Positions 13,251 through 24,700 of a stretch of 64,000 bases of DNA are shown in pieces. The DNA is from Cystobasidiomycetes sp. EMM_F5. Its lineage: Eukaryota. The notes beneath the pieces are model-generated. The model made no database searches. It saw nothing but the letters and a program-made list of their open reading frames with translations, and was not told where the DNA came from. The translations under genes and the position numbers were made by a program. The stretch is taken from assembly GCA_051047955.1 (NCBI GenBank), contig JBPGPT010000001.1, positions 1,054,001 through 1,118,000 on the forward strand, in the 5' to 3' direction. How positions within the stretch are numbered: the stretch's first letter is position 1; each line of letters begins with the position of its first letter.

Positions 13251-14753
13251 ATGATGAGATATCTCGTTGCCGCCACTGCAGCCGTGTCTACGGCGACCCT
13301 CGTAGCTGCACAGGCTGGATTCAGCTCGCTGCCGTACAGCTTCATCACTCCTTACAACCATTCCTGCGCATACAAGCCTGCCGGACGGTCATGCCCCGAA
13401 GCAAATCCCATGCAGGTGAGCTGGGTCCTCCTCGTCTTAAGTTCGAGGGGTAGCCAAACTGACATGGATGAGATGATTAGGTGGACTCTTGCTGCCAAGA
13501 AACTTTCGGCGGTCTTATTCTCTCGACACAATTCTGGAGTACCTATACTGGGCTTGAAAGCTCCGGACAACTCCTGCCCCCTAACACATGGTGTGCGTTG
13601 TGGTATGCTTTCGCTGTTACGTACAATCGAACTTAAATTCTTTCACAGCTCTTCACGGTCTGTGGCCAGTAAGTGCATCGAGGCTCTTCCACCCGTGTCA
13701 AGACAAGCTCATGTCTGTTCTTGGGGCTTTTAGGACTTTTGCAATGGTAAGATCGATATGCGCGCCCATCCGGAATTGCAGCTGATTCTTCTATTCGCTG
13801 CTCTAGGGAGCTACACTGGTTATTGCGATGTCAGCAGGCAATTTGATCCGGTTCCTTCTCCTAATGTCAGCTCGACTGGTGTTCTTCTGAGTAATTACAC
13901 CGGTATGTAGCCGCGAAGTATGCTTAGTCTGCCAGCTCTGACCGAGTACCTCGACAGGCAATGTTACTGGTACCAACGTCCTCACTCAGTATGGACAACT
14001 CGGTCTCCTTGCATACATGAATAAGTGAGTAAGTCAATTGGGCAGTAGTGAATTCGCTGACGGGCTCCGCTAGGTACTGGATCAACCAGGGTGCCTCGAA
14101 TGATGCATTTTGGATGCACGAGTTCTCGGTGAGTGTGCTTCGGCTTGACTGTAGAAGAAGTACCCGTGCTGACTCAGTTGTCGCTGTTGCTGTAGAAACA
14201 TGCTGTGCGTGATCATTGGCGACACTGGATTTCGCCCCTTACGCTCCTCCTCCGCAGACTTGCTTCTCCAATTATCAGACCCAATGCTCGGGTCCAACCT
14301 ACCAACCACATCAAGAGGTTGCGGAGTTCCTTGGAACAGCTGTAGCCGCATACCAGAAATTCCCAACCTATACATGGCTCAAAGCTGCCAACATCACTCC
14401 GTCGAATACCACAAGATATTCGCTACGCGATATTCAAGCTGCACTCTACAAAGGGAGCGGTGCGATGCCATACGTAGGTCATTCCGGTACTAGATTTATT
14501 GCAACCGACGGCTAAATCTCACACACAGGTCGCATGTGCCGGCGATCGTTATAATGCGACAGCTGCTGGCAATGGAACTACAGACAATGGACGAATTTAT
14601 TTGAGCGAAACCTGGTACTACAATTACGCTTATGGCCCTATTTCGAACCTAAATTTCACCGCTGTCAACAACACTGTTCCTTCGAGCTGTGCCTCGTCTA
14701 CTGGAGCAGTTTACTACCCGCTGCGTGCAAACGGCAGCGAGTGGACGGCGTGA
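13251..14753 (+). CDS. Secreted ribonuclease T2 (many short exons)
   Basis: Signal peptide; DSCCQETFGGLILSTQFW; CAS I LHGLWP|DFCNG; CAS II FWMHEFS|KHA|TCFS; PTYTWLKAANITPSN; LSETWYY. Confidence 0.92.
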
Positions 14754-15052
14754 CGGCTTCCTCGTCAGATCAGCAACCACAAAATTGATGAAAAGACGCA
14801 AATACCGTCAGCAAAAGTCTTCAATGATTAAAATTATCGCACTTGAAGCGGGCAAAGCCGAGATTTCAGCGGGCAGTAGTCGATCTTCCTTATAAAGCAT
14901 ACGTATGCATTAGTCGATCATAATATATTAGATCCCTTTCATTTTGACAGTCTTTGCAAAGTCAAAGAGCGGATACCCCAAAACTTTTCTTTACATGACG
15001 TTGATAACGTTCTCGTGACAAGCCGGCTATGCTATGTGACGGGGAACAGATG

Positions 15053-16176
15053 CTAATGTAGCAGTGCTCGTACGGCCAGCATCTCGTCTTGCGTTAGTAT
15101 CGTATTCCTGCTGCTGGCAATCTCCACGCCCAGACGCATGTGCTCTTCGCTGGTCGTGCCATTGAGGGGCGTAATGCCTTCGTGTATACAATACGCATAG
15201 AACACCTGCTCGGGTGTGAGCTCAAGACGTTTCGTGATTTGCTTCAGACTGGGGTTCCGAAGGACGTGCGGGTCTAGAGTGCGCCCTTAGTGCAGATTTG
15301 CAAAACAGTGTTGACTTCGCTTACTGGCAGTCAAGGTCCAGAATGACTGGTAGGCGATGCCGTTTTGCGAACAAAATTTCCGTATTTCATGGTCATATCC
15401 CGAATCCGTGTAAAATCGGTTTTGACTGTACACGTCAGTTAATAGATGACTCAATTGGATGTGGTAGAATCTGCAAGCATACATTGCGCCTATCCGTAAG
15501 CCGTGTGCGGACAGTTGTTCATGAACCGCTTTTACCCTGTTCAGCCGTAATTTTATTAGTCTTTAGAACAGTAGACACAGACAAGTACACGCAACGCTTC
15601 AGGGTCGTATATGTTTGATATGCCGATGTATCTCAGCTGACCATTGTCAACATAGGGCTTCAAGGCAAGAAGCGCTTCGACCGTTTTCGCGACTGTCCTT
15701 TCCGGTGAATGTAACAGAAGAGAGTCGATATACGTCGTTTGCAACTCCGCTAGAGAACTCTCGAAGGATTGTTTGACCTGCGATAGGCATGACATTAAGC
15801 AGGAACATTGCGACCGGCAGTGAGTTAGCCCAACTTGTTTGGCTAGGGGTGCTTTAAGGTCGTAAGGAATGAATCCTTGTAGGTCTTGTCCCGACGGAGA
15901 GGTATACTTCGTTTGCAAGAAGAGATCCTCTCGTCGAATTCCGTGCTCAGACTGCAGAACAGCAAGCGCCCGTCCAACGAGGTCTTGACGATAATGCTTC
16001 CTTTGCGCTGCAGTATCAATGGCAGAAAACCCTGCACGTACTGCCGCGACTACCAATGCTGTAGTCCTGTCCTGTCAAATGACGTTTCAGGGCTTCGCGG
16101 TGGGGTTAGATGGAGGTAGCAGTCAGCTTGCCTTCTTCCAGGCTGTCCCATATATCATGCGAGGCATAGAACCCAT
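15053..16176 (-). CDS. Aldo-keto reductase family protein (multi-exon)
   Basis: MPRMIYGTAWKK, GFSAIDTAAQRKHYRQD, REDLFLQTKY, YIDSLLLHSP, YIGISNIYD, QNRFY, YQSFWTLTA|NPH, ITPLNGTTSEEHM. Confidence 0.88.
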
Positions 16177-16342
16177 GTTTCAAAAACGACTCAGTTGCTG
16201 GTCATTCGGCAATTCTACAGTCCGTTGTCATACAACATATGCGAGCCAAACTCAATTAGACCTATTGCAGGGTCCTTCCGATACTACCATCGGAAGACAT
16301 CCTAAATCTGCTTTATTGCTACATCGACGTGTACCCACCGCG

Positions 16343-16927
16343 CTACCGTCTGATTTCATGCTCAGCCAGCAACTGGAAACGTTTTAGCATATTTCATACG
16401 GGCGACTAACGGACTTTGCGACTGACCATGTTTGGTATTCCGTCCTTTATATGGTATATGTGGTCACAAGAGGGGCACACCATAGTCCCATCTTGAACGT
16501 GAATCTGTAAACGTCATGCATAAATTTCTTTGACGATGTGGTTTTGAGAATGTATCAAAACAAACCTCTAGCAACACGTGGTGCAGCTTCTTCATGAGGT
16601 CATCGTCCACCTCCTCATCTCCCGTTGCTGGCTGCGGCTGGGACGTGGGCTCCATCTCCGGTAAGCTCGTATCGCCCAGCTAAATTATGTTTCATGATTA
16701 CCCATCAGTAGGGATCCATATGACGAGTCCACTCGACCTACCTCCTTTGCGGCCCCAACGAGAGCATCCCAGTCAATCTTGCTTCGAAAGCCTTGCAGGA
16801 AATCTGGATTGTACTCGGCTTCGACGTGTTCTATCTTGGTACAGTCTTTGAAGCGCAGGGGGAAATTACTTGGAGCATTGCATGTTCGCGCATGGCACGC
16901 CAATAGGTTATGCGTCAAAAGGCGCAT
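16343..16927 (-). CDS. TRM112: Multifunctional methyltransferase activator Trm112
   Basis: MRLLTHNLLACH, LHHVLLE|IHVQDGTMVCPSCDHIYTIKDGIPNM|LLAEHEIRR*. Confidence 0.93.
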
Positions 16928-17021
16928 GTCTCCAGCAGGGGATCCAGCAGGATGCGTTGGTGAAAGGCGAAATGGTCAGCTGTCTTGAGGTTGTGTTTAT
17001 ACCAAATCATGCATCTGCGAA

Positions 17022-18170
17022 ATGGCCAAACGGCGCAGTCTGAAGAAAGCGCTGGCCAACGAGAAGCAGCGAACGTATGAGCGTAATAGAGCTGCAGCCG
17101 CCGCAAAGAAGCAGGCAGAGTACGAGAAGCCAAAGTCAAAGCAGTCCAAGGTCGACAAGGGAAAGGGCAGAGCTGTCGACGAACCAAGAGCCAGCAAAAG
17201 ACCGTACCAGCCATATGTAGATGGTGAAAGCGTCCTCTTTGTCGGCGAAGGAGATCTCTCGTTCGCTGCAGCTTGGTCGAAGCGGTTTCCCAAGTCTGCG
17301 TGTCGCTCAGTTGCGACATGCTACGATTCCGAGGCTACGGCTCGAGCAAAGTACAAGCACTTGGACGACAACCTGATGACCGTAAGCGCATTATGTCTGC
17401 GTTCGAGTCCGCGCGCTTAGACGCATTCGTCAGTGCAAGGCGAGCGGTCTACAAATCCTTTTTGGTGTCGACGCTCAAAAGCTGCAGGCTTGTAAAGCTC
17501 TAAAAAAGCGCAACAGCAATTCCTCGTCCCGCTTCGACAAGATTGTCTTCAACTTTCCGCACGTTGGGCAAGGCGAGAAGGATGAGCAGCGCAATGTGCG
17601 TTTGAATCAGATATTACTGCTCCGCTTCCTTCGGAGCGCCCACGAACTCCTTGTGGTCGATGATCCAGCTTCTACGTACTCCTCAATGTTGACAGGAGCT
17701 AATCGCGTTGGCAAGATTACTAAAGACGAAGACGACCTGGATGAAGACCTTCCGAGCGACCCAGAATCCGACGATGGGGACGAGGCAAGGATATCTTTGT
17801 CAATGCCGCAATCGCCAAGGCTCTTGATCACTTTATTTACATGCAAGCCGTATGATATGTGGACTCTACCGCAAGTATCGTGTACATTTCGCAAGCCAGC
17901 TGCGCTGATTGCTCTGACTCCTTTAGGATGCTTGCAAAGAAGGGTCCTCAATTGGCAGCAGCCATTCTTCCGTTTCCAGAATCCCGACAAGCTGCTAACA
18001 CTCAGCCTCAGTACACCATTGAGAGGAGCTTCGACTTTGTCCGTGCAGAATGGCCCGGGTATGAGCACTGTCGGACTTCAGGAGAGAAGGATGGGAAAGA
18101 TAGCCTACTAGACCGCTCTCATGCGGGCGCGAGGACCTGGGAGCTATCACCTCGTGCAAGCGAGTCCTAG
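17022..18170 (+). CDS. BMT5: 25S rRNA (uridine-N3)-methyltransferase BMT5-like (DUF2431)
   Basis: VLFVGEGDLSFAAA, ATCYDS, ILFGVDA, FDKIVFNFPHVG, PYDMWTL, FDFVRAEWPGYEHCRT. Confidence 0.88.
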
Positions 18171-18265
18171 TCGTAACGTATATTATCGTGGTAATTCAAT
18201 CAACAATGTTCGCATGAGTCGCTTGATGAGGGGCCGGTCTTGCCAAATCACCTATTCATGAGGGA

Positions 18266-21200
18266 ATGTCCGACAGCCTCAAGAGCTCATTGGATGTTGA
18301 CAATGCCATATCTGACCGATATCCAACGCCAGACAGCCTGCCATCGCACTCGGCCGCCGTGACGGCTGCAAGACCATACGGCCCTGTATCACAGAGCCAG
18401 CCCGTTGGCAGACAGCGGCCGATATTTCCACAGCCTGGATGTCCGTAGCCGTGTGCGAACATCAGTCGCGTGACGCTGATTATCGTTCCCAGTTGCAGCC
18501 TCGCAGCCAGTTGGGTCGACGAGCTACACCAGGATCCACCAGATTATCGAAATATCCGATACATCTGATGATGGCCAGGCAGCTAGTGACAAGGAGGACG
18601 AGGACGACTTGCCAGAGGTGTCGCAAATCGCTGGGCGGACTTCGACCCTTTTACGGCAAACTGCAAGTTGCATTGTCGCGTAAAGTGGTGACCATTCCCT
18701 GACGGAGATTCTTTTGGTAGACTTTACACGCTAGCTCATCACCCGTAAAGCCTTCCACGACTATACCAACGCCGCTATCGACGCCCGCTCGTCCAGACAA
18801 GGGCAAGCAGCGCGCGGACGACCCAGAGCCGTCCGACAGCGATGACAGCGTCATCATTATAGGAAGCACATGGGCAGCTTCTGCGAGGCTGCGAAGTGCG
18901 TCTCCTTCTACCAACGGCGCGAAAACAGCTGGTAAAGACTCGGAAGACGAATTCCTTGACTCAATCAATGCCGATAATTCTCGCGGCAAAACGCGGGCCA
19001 CTCCCTCCGCATCCCGCTACTATCGCATACAACATGATGATGCAAAGTCGAAATCTCCTCCGCCGTCCCCTACGCCATCTACGTCTCAGCTTACTATGGA
19101 TGTGCACGACAATTCCATAGACCAGCTTGACGAACGGCAACGCCTAAGCACAACACCTCAACTGCAACTACACGACAATATGAATCTCTTGCGGCCAGCT
19201 TTAACTCTGCAGACTAGTCTGATACCGGACAGCGTGGTCGGTGAAGGCGGACTCCTCGACTCCGAGATGGAATTGCCCCTTCAGACAATCAAGACTATTT
19301 CTCCACGTCCTATGCATTCGCCCCAAAGGAATGGGTCATCGACATCTCATCGGTCACCCCGCACGAGCCCTGCTTCAGATAACGGGACGAGCGTGCCGCC
19401 CACGACTTACACCAGCCCGGACTTGGGATACTTATCTAGTACATCCTTATCGACGTTCGGCCCGTCAGTAACAAAAAGATTGAAACGCAAGCGATCTGTA
19501 GCCATGGTGAGGTGCCGAATGCTAGCAGGGTGTCAAGCTTACGTGTTACGTCAGTCTGGCAAAGCACCGTCTCGGTCACGCAAAGCCATCGTATGGACTG
19601 GTCCAGAAGGCATGCACGAATTCGATTCGGTGCTCAACGACCGGCAAGTGTGGCTCTCTAGCTGTGAGCGGTACGGGCTAACGAAAGAGCTCGCAGAATG
19701 TATGCAAGCAAAAAGCGTTGCCCGGAATTGCAAAAGATTACGCGCCTCGTGTTCGAATCGTCAATCAACGAGCGCATTGCAATCGAGGAGCCGTATGCAC
19801 CACGCGTACGCATACGAGATGCTAAAAGTGAAAAGTCTTGTCCGGATACGGACTTCACGTACACCAATCGCATAATCTAGCAAGCTGCTCCCTTCTTCAG
19901 ACGGTCCTCTTCGTCTTGCTGATGTTGATACTCTGTTCAGCCGGAAGGGTGTTGGCTCAACGATACCAGCGCAATCCTGCAATTGTATGGGTCCGTGTAG
20001 ACCGGACAACCCCAACTGCAGCTGTTTAATCAGGCAGGAACATTACTCCGCGAAAGTCAAAAATATAAAAGGCTTTGCGTACGACGAAAACGGTCGACTT
20101 CAACTGCCCGCGGGCATACAGATTTGGGAGTGCAATGTGAAGCGTATATGTAGCTTTACAGAATTTGCAACTGCTAATGCACCTGTGCCTCCTTCAGAGT
20201 GGCTGTGGTTGCTCGTCAGAGGTGATCCCCAATGCACATACTCCTTGTCCATTCACTAACGCTCATCGCATATAAGTGCCAAAATCGAAGGGCTGGCAAT
20301 GGCCGGACGGTGCCGTTAGACCTTGTGAACACGCGGAATAAAGGTAAGTCTGATCGAACCATATGGTCGCTTGACATGTTGAGCTTAAAGCGTGCCATCT
20401 CTAGGATGGGGTGAATTGCGGATCCGACAGAGTCTGTGTAGGTCACGCTAATGATTGCTTTAAGGCGTCCAAGCTCGAGAGGCTATACGAAAGGGAGAGT
20501 TTCTGTGTCTGTATTCAGGCGAAGTGATCTCATGGCACAATGCAGAGTACGTAATATGTAGCCCATTTCCGAATAAACTCACACTAGCTGAACCTCACTG
20601 TCTCAAGAGCCCGCGGACAATTGTATGATCTTCTGCCGGGCAATATCACCTACCTCTTCGATCTTGATTCTCCGGACGTTCTGTGGGTTGATACCTCATC
20701 CGCAAGCGGTCTGACCTGAACTTTTGCTCCAGGCACTCTGCCGAGTATCAACATTTACAGGAAGACGGCTTGATGGTTTTAGAAGCAGATTATTCTATCA
20801 GAGTAGAAGAACAACACAGTTTGCAGGAGTCCAAAACGAGGCATACCAAGTAAGTTTGGAAGCGTTGCCTTCAACGTACAATCTAAAGGTATGACCAGCT
20901 ATTCCGTCGATGCCATGCATTTCGTGAGTTCGCGCCCTGCAAGCACAAGCGTTATTGCTGAAGAAACGATTGAAGGGAAATCTATCCCGGTGGTTCAACC
21001 ACGTGAGGGCAGACAGACCTACGTCATGTCAGGAGCTGATGTGTTGCGTGCTTGCGCCTCCAGTCTTGTTGTCCGAACGCTGGCTTGCGGGATGTCATCA
21101 TCGATGAAAGGGATCCTATGAAACATTTGCTCGGGATCTTCGCCAGAAGAGATATTGCAGCGGACGAAGAAATCTGGTTAGCGTGATATCTCTTGTGTGT

Positions 21201-21524
21201 CGTTCACGATGCTGAAGTGTTGCCGTCAGCATATCATACAAAGGACCGGTCCTCGGGGATAATACGCCTGATTTCGGTACGGATAACGTTTACAAGCGTC
21301 CGCGTCGGACGGCAGCGCGTGCGTCTCGGATACCTCTGCCGCCTCAACGTTCAAATAAAAGCGCTGGTATAATCGACCTAAAGTGCCTGTGTGGCAGCGC
21401 AAATTGCGATGGATGTAAGGGCGCCGTCTTCAGCTTGGACCAGTTCTCAAAGCTGATGAAATTCGCAGCAATGTTTTTGAAAGAACAAACGGACAATGAA
21501 GATGAAGATGATGAAGGGGATTAG
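18266..21524 (+). CDS. clr4: Histone H3K9 methyltransferase, Clr4/DIM-5/SUV39 family (pre-SET, SET, post-SET); many exons
   Basis: FTYTNRII; pre-SET CNCMGPCRPDNPNCSC...IWECN|SGCGCSSE|CQNR; SET NKG|WG|VQA, YSGEVI, YLFDLD, YSVDAMHF|GNLSRWFNH|SCCPN, IFARRDIAADEEIC|ISY; post-SET CLCGSANC. The 5' end is less certain. Confidence 0.88.
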
Positions 21525-21724
21525 GAGAAGTATCGGTGTTAGAAATGGCGGAACCACTAGTCTTGCCTTTCCATTGTAGCCCTGCGTCTTCGCGACGACC
21601 ACATTACTATGCTACACGTATCTAGAGAGCCTCATTATTTGGTTCAGCATGTATCGCTGTGTACCTAGGAATCATTATTCGAGCCATGGTATCCTGCGTG
21701 TCTGAACTTATTTCCCTGATGCGG

Positions 21725-24700
21725 TCAGAGCGTACTACTATCTCCGTCAACACCGCCTTGTGTTGCTCCTGCATCGACTACCGTGGGATGATGCCAATCG
21801 TCGACTACGATGTCTTCAAATGGTGCATTTACCATATGCTCGTATACGTCCTGATCTGTTCGCATAACGTCTTTTCTTGAAGCAATTAGGTATAGAGCGG
21901 ATCTAACCGCAATTGCGCCAAAGGTCTGGGCTCCGAAATTAGTACTCTCCGACACTGCGATTCGTAGATATGCCAGGATTCGATTTGCCCAGTTCTGCGG
22001 AACATCTCTCCCATCCCTGCCTTCGAGCTTCCTTAGTACTTGATCGACCAGCTCGGCGCATTGTAGGTTTAGACGCTGTATCATTTCTTGTTTGACCTTA
22101 ATAGCATATGTACCATGCAAAATCGTCCCGATAAACAGTTCGTGTTCCGAAAGAGGCTGACCAGCATTGAGGCTGTTGGAATAAGCAATGTGGCGAAGGT
22201 CGGATGCATAAGTATGCAAGGTGTACCAAGCTTGCTCCCGCTCAGCCTTGTCGAGAGACACTTCTTGGGTACACACGAGGCCACAAGCTTCGAAGTGCTC
22301 GATAATCGCCAACAGGATGTCATCGTCTTCTGCTGTCGGGACGTATCGTGTATTCAACCGCGGCGCTTCCTTGAGCATCTTGTTATCTTCCTCCTCGCTA
22401 GACAGACGGATTGCTCGGTATAGCTTGCCAAGTATGCGCGAGCTCTGGTAGATTAGATTATCTTCATCCACCCCGCCTTTCGTGTGATCATGGCGCATGA
22501 AATCCGGTCTGTGCGGAAAAAGAGGCGGAGGCATATCCAGCAGATCTACAGACTGGCCACTCTTGGGTGCTGTATCGAATAGCGCCTGATTAGTAGTACT
22601 TTTGACAGAAAAATGGAACCGCGTACCATCGACTGCAATTGTCTGCAGAGCTGCGAGCTTCTTGCAGAAAGGATGTCGTGTACCACACCCGTGCAGAAAA
22701 CCCGCGGGAGCTTGATCTGCAATGAGCAAGTGCTGCAAGACCGTCCACGAGCGTGAGCCGAGCGCCTATGAGTATGTTGACACGCATAACTCACCCTAGT
22801 GGCGATTTGACCCAACATGTCATTCCGAAAGAAGTTGAGTACGAAGTCGATTACGTCTTTGATTGTGCAATCACGATCTAATACTACCGGCCGCTTTGGC
22901 TTGTGCTGCATTGCAGGCTCGGTGCGCATCGGAAATAATCGTCGGTCGTATATCACTGATACCAGATCTCCATCCATATCTCCGCGGGCCAGTGAGGACA
23001 ACAAAGGGGACTCGCCTCTGATGGAGAAGATGACGACATTTGGAAGATGTTTGAAGCGTTCTGCACCAGGAGGGGGAATTCCCACCGCATGTGCAAATTG
23101 AACATCTCCTGTGTCCACTGTTGGAGCGCGAACCAGTAGAACTTTGCCCTCTATGATCTGAGGTGGCTCTCCTGGGTTATGCCGCAACGTATAGATTTCG
23201 TTCTGCGGGCGAGAGGCTCGCATGTTAGCCTTGTTAGTCTGACACTTGCCGCACGCGCAAATCGCATACCTCTTTCAACACGCCGGACTCGTCCGCGACA
23301 GCGACTCCAACATGGGCTTGCAGAATTGGAATGCGGGCTTTGAGTTTGAGCATTCGTAAGATGTGAACCTCTGCAAAGCCAAGCGACTCCGCTATGAATT
23401 TGGAGATATTACCGCTCGATCGGAAGGGGTCAATCCTGTTTGTACGCAACAATTGTCCAACATTCTCAACCAGTTCCGTCACAGAGAATGCATTACCTAA
23501 TCCGTGTAATGTCAATTGTAGCCGTGTTTCGCGGATGTAGTGCTTTAGATCTTCGGCTTTGATCACTGCTTCTTTTAGCAGATCAAGGAATATTTGGTGC
23601 GGGACTGCTAAATCCTCGAGGACTTTGATGAGTGGCCGGTTCAGGAACATCGGAATATAGCGACAAAAAGAGTATGCAATCTCCAATGCCAGTGAGTCGG
23701 GAGCATCGAACTTTTGCTGCGACGGACGAACGCATCTGTGTGCAACGTCAGACGAAGAACTGCTCTGATGGTTGCTACTCCTCACATTTGCTCTCCCGGC
23801 AATTCGGAGTCAACGGTCAGCACACCCTTATACCCTCCCAATCGAAACTGACACGCTGCGTGAGCCACCGTTGACACATGTCCATAAATGCTTGACTTAC
23901 CTGAAACGCGCTCGGCAGGATGCCGGCAGGCTCCATGCCATTGTGAAGACGCGACCAGACTTGCTTTGTCAGACCCATCGAGATTTTGCCAACACCATCT
24001 GTGAAACATGCGGTCTCTCCACGGTATAGTCGCTCGACGTCGGGTATACTCGAGATCTGGTGTGGCTGCAGCACTATGGATGGATCGGTCGCCGTGAAAG
24101 CTTGGGCCATACGGGCCCCATATCTAGCTGGCTGCCGTTTGACGTTCTCAAAGTCTCCAAGATCATCACGGATGAAGTTTGCGTCAACTTCATGCACTTT
24201 TCCGGCCTCATCATACCAATTGAATTTTGTGCAAAACCAGGTTGATCGGTTTCTCAAAGACGACATGCTATATCCGAGAAAGTCGTATTTTCTTTCATCC
24301 AGCAGGATTAGACCATGGAAAAGAAGTTGTGGACCCATTTGACTTACCTTCCGCCCAAATTGATTCCCGTACGAAGAACTTTGCCTACACGTTCGTCCAG
24401 GAATGCTGTCCAATCGATGTCGTATCCCTGAAGAGTCGTATAAATCAGTCATTTATCGATTTTCCCGGATGTTTGTCACACTGACCCAGAAGTAAGGCTG
24501 CCTGTCTTCGTCCATGAACGAGACTCGAATGAAATGGTCGTGGTTGCCGTACTTCCTGTTGATGGTGTTCATCAGTCGCTAAACGTACGTATCTTCCCGC
24601 TCAAAATTACCTGAGAGGACGGTTAGATTGGTCTGAGTACGGCCCTTCCAAGATCATTGAGGTTGGAGTCATTATGACATGCAAGCATTGCATGACGGAG

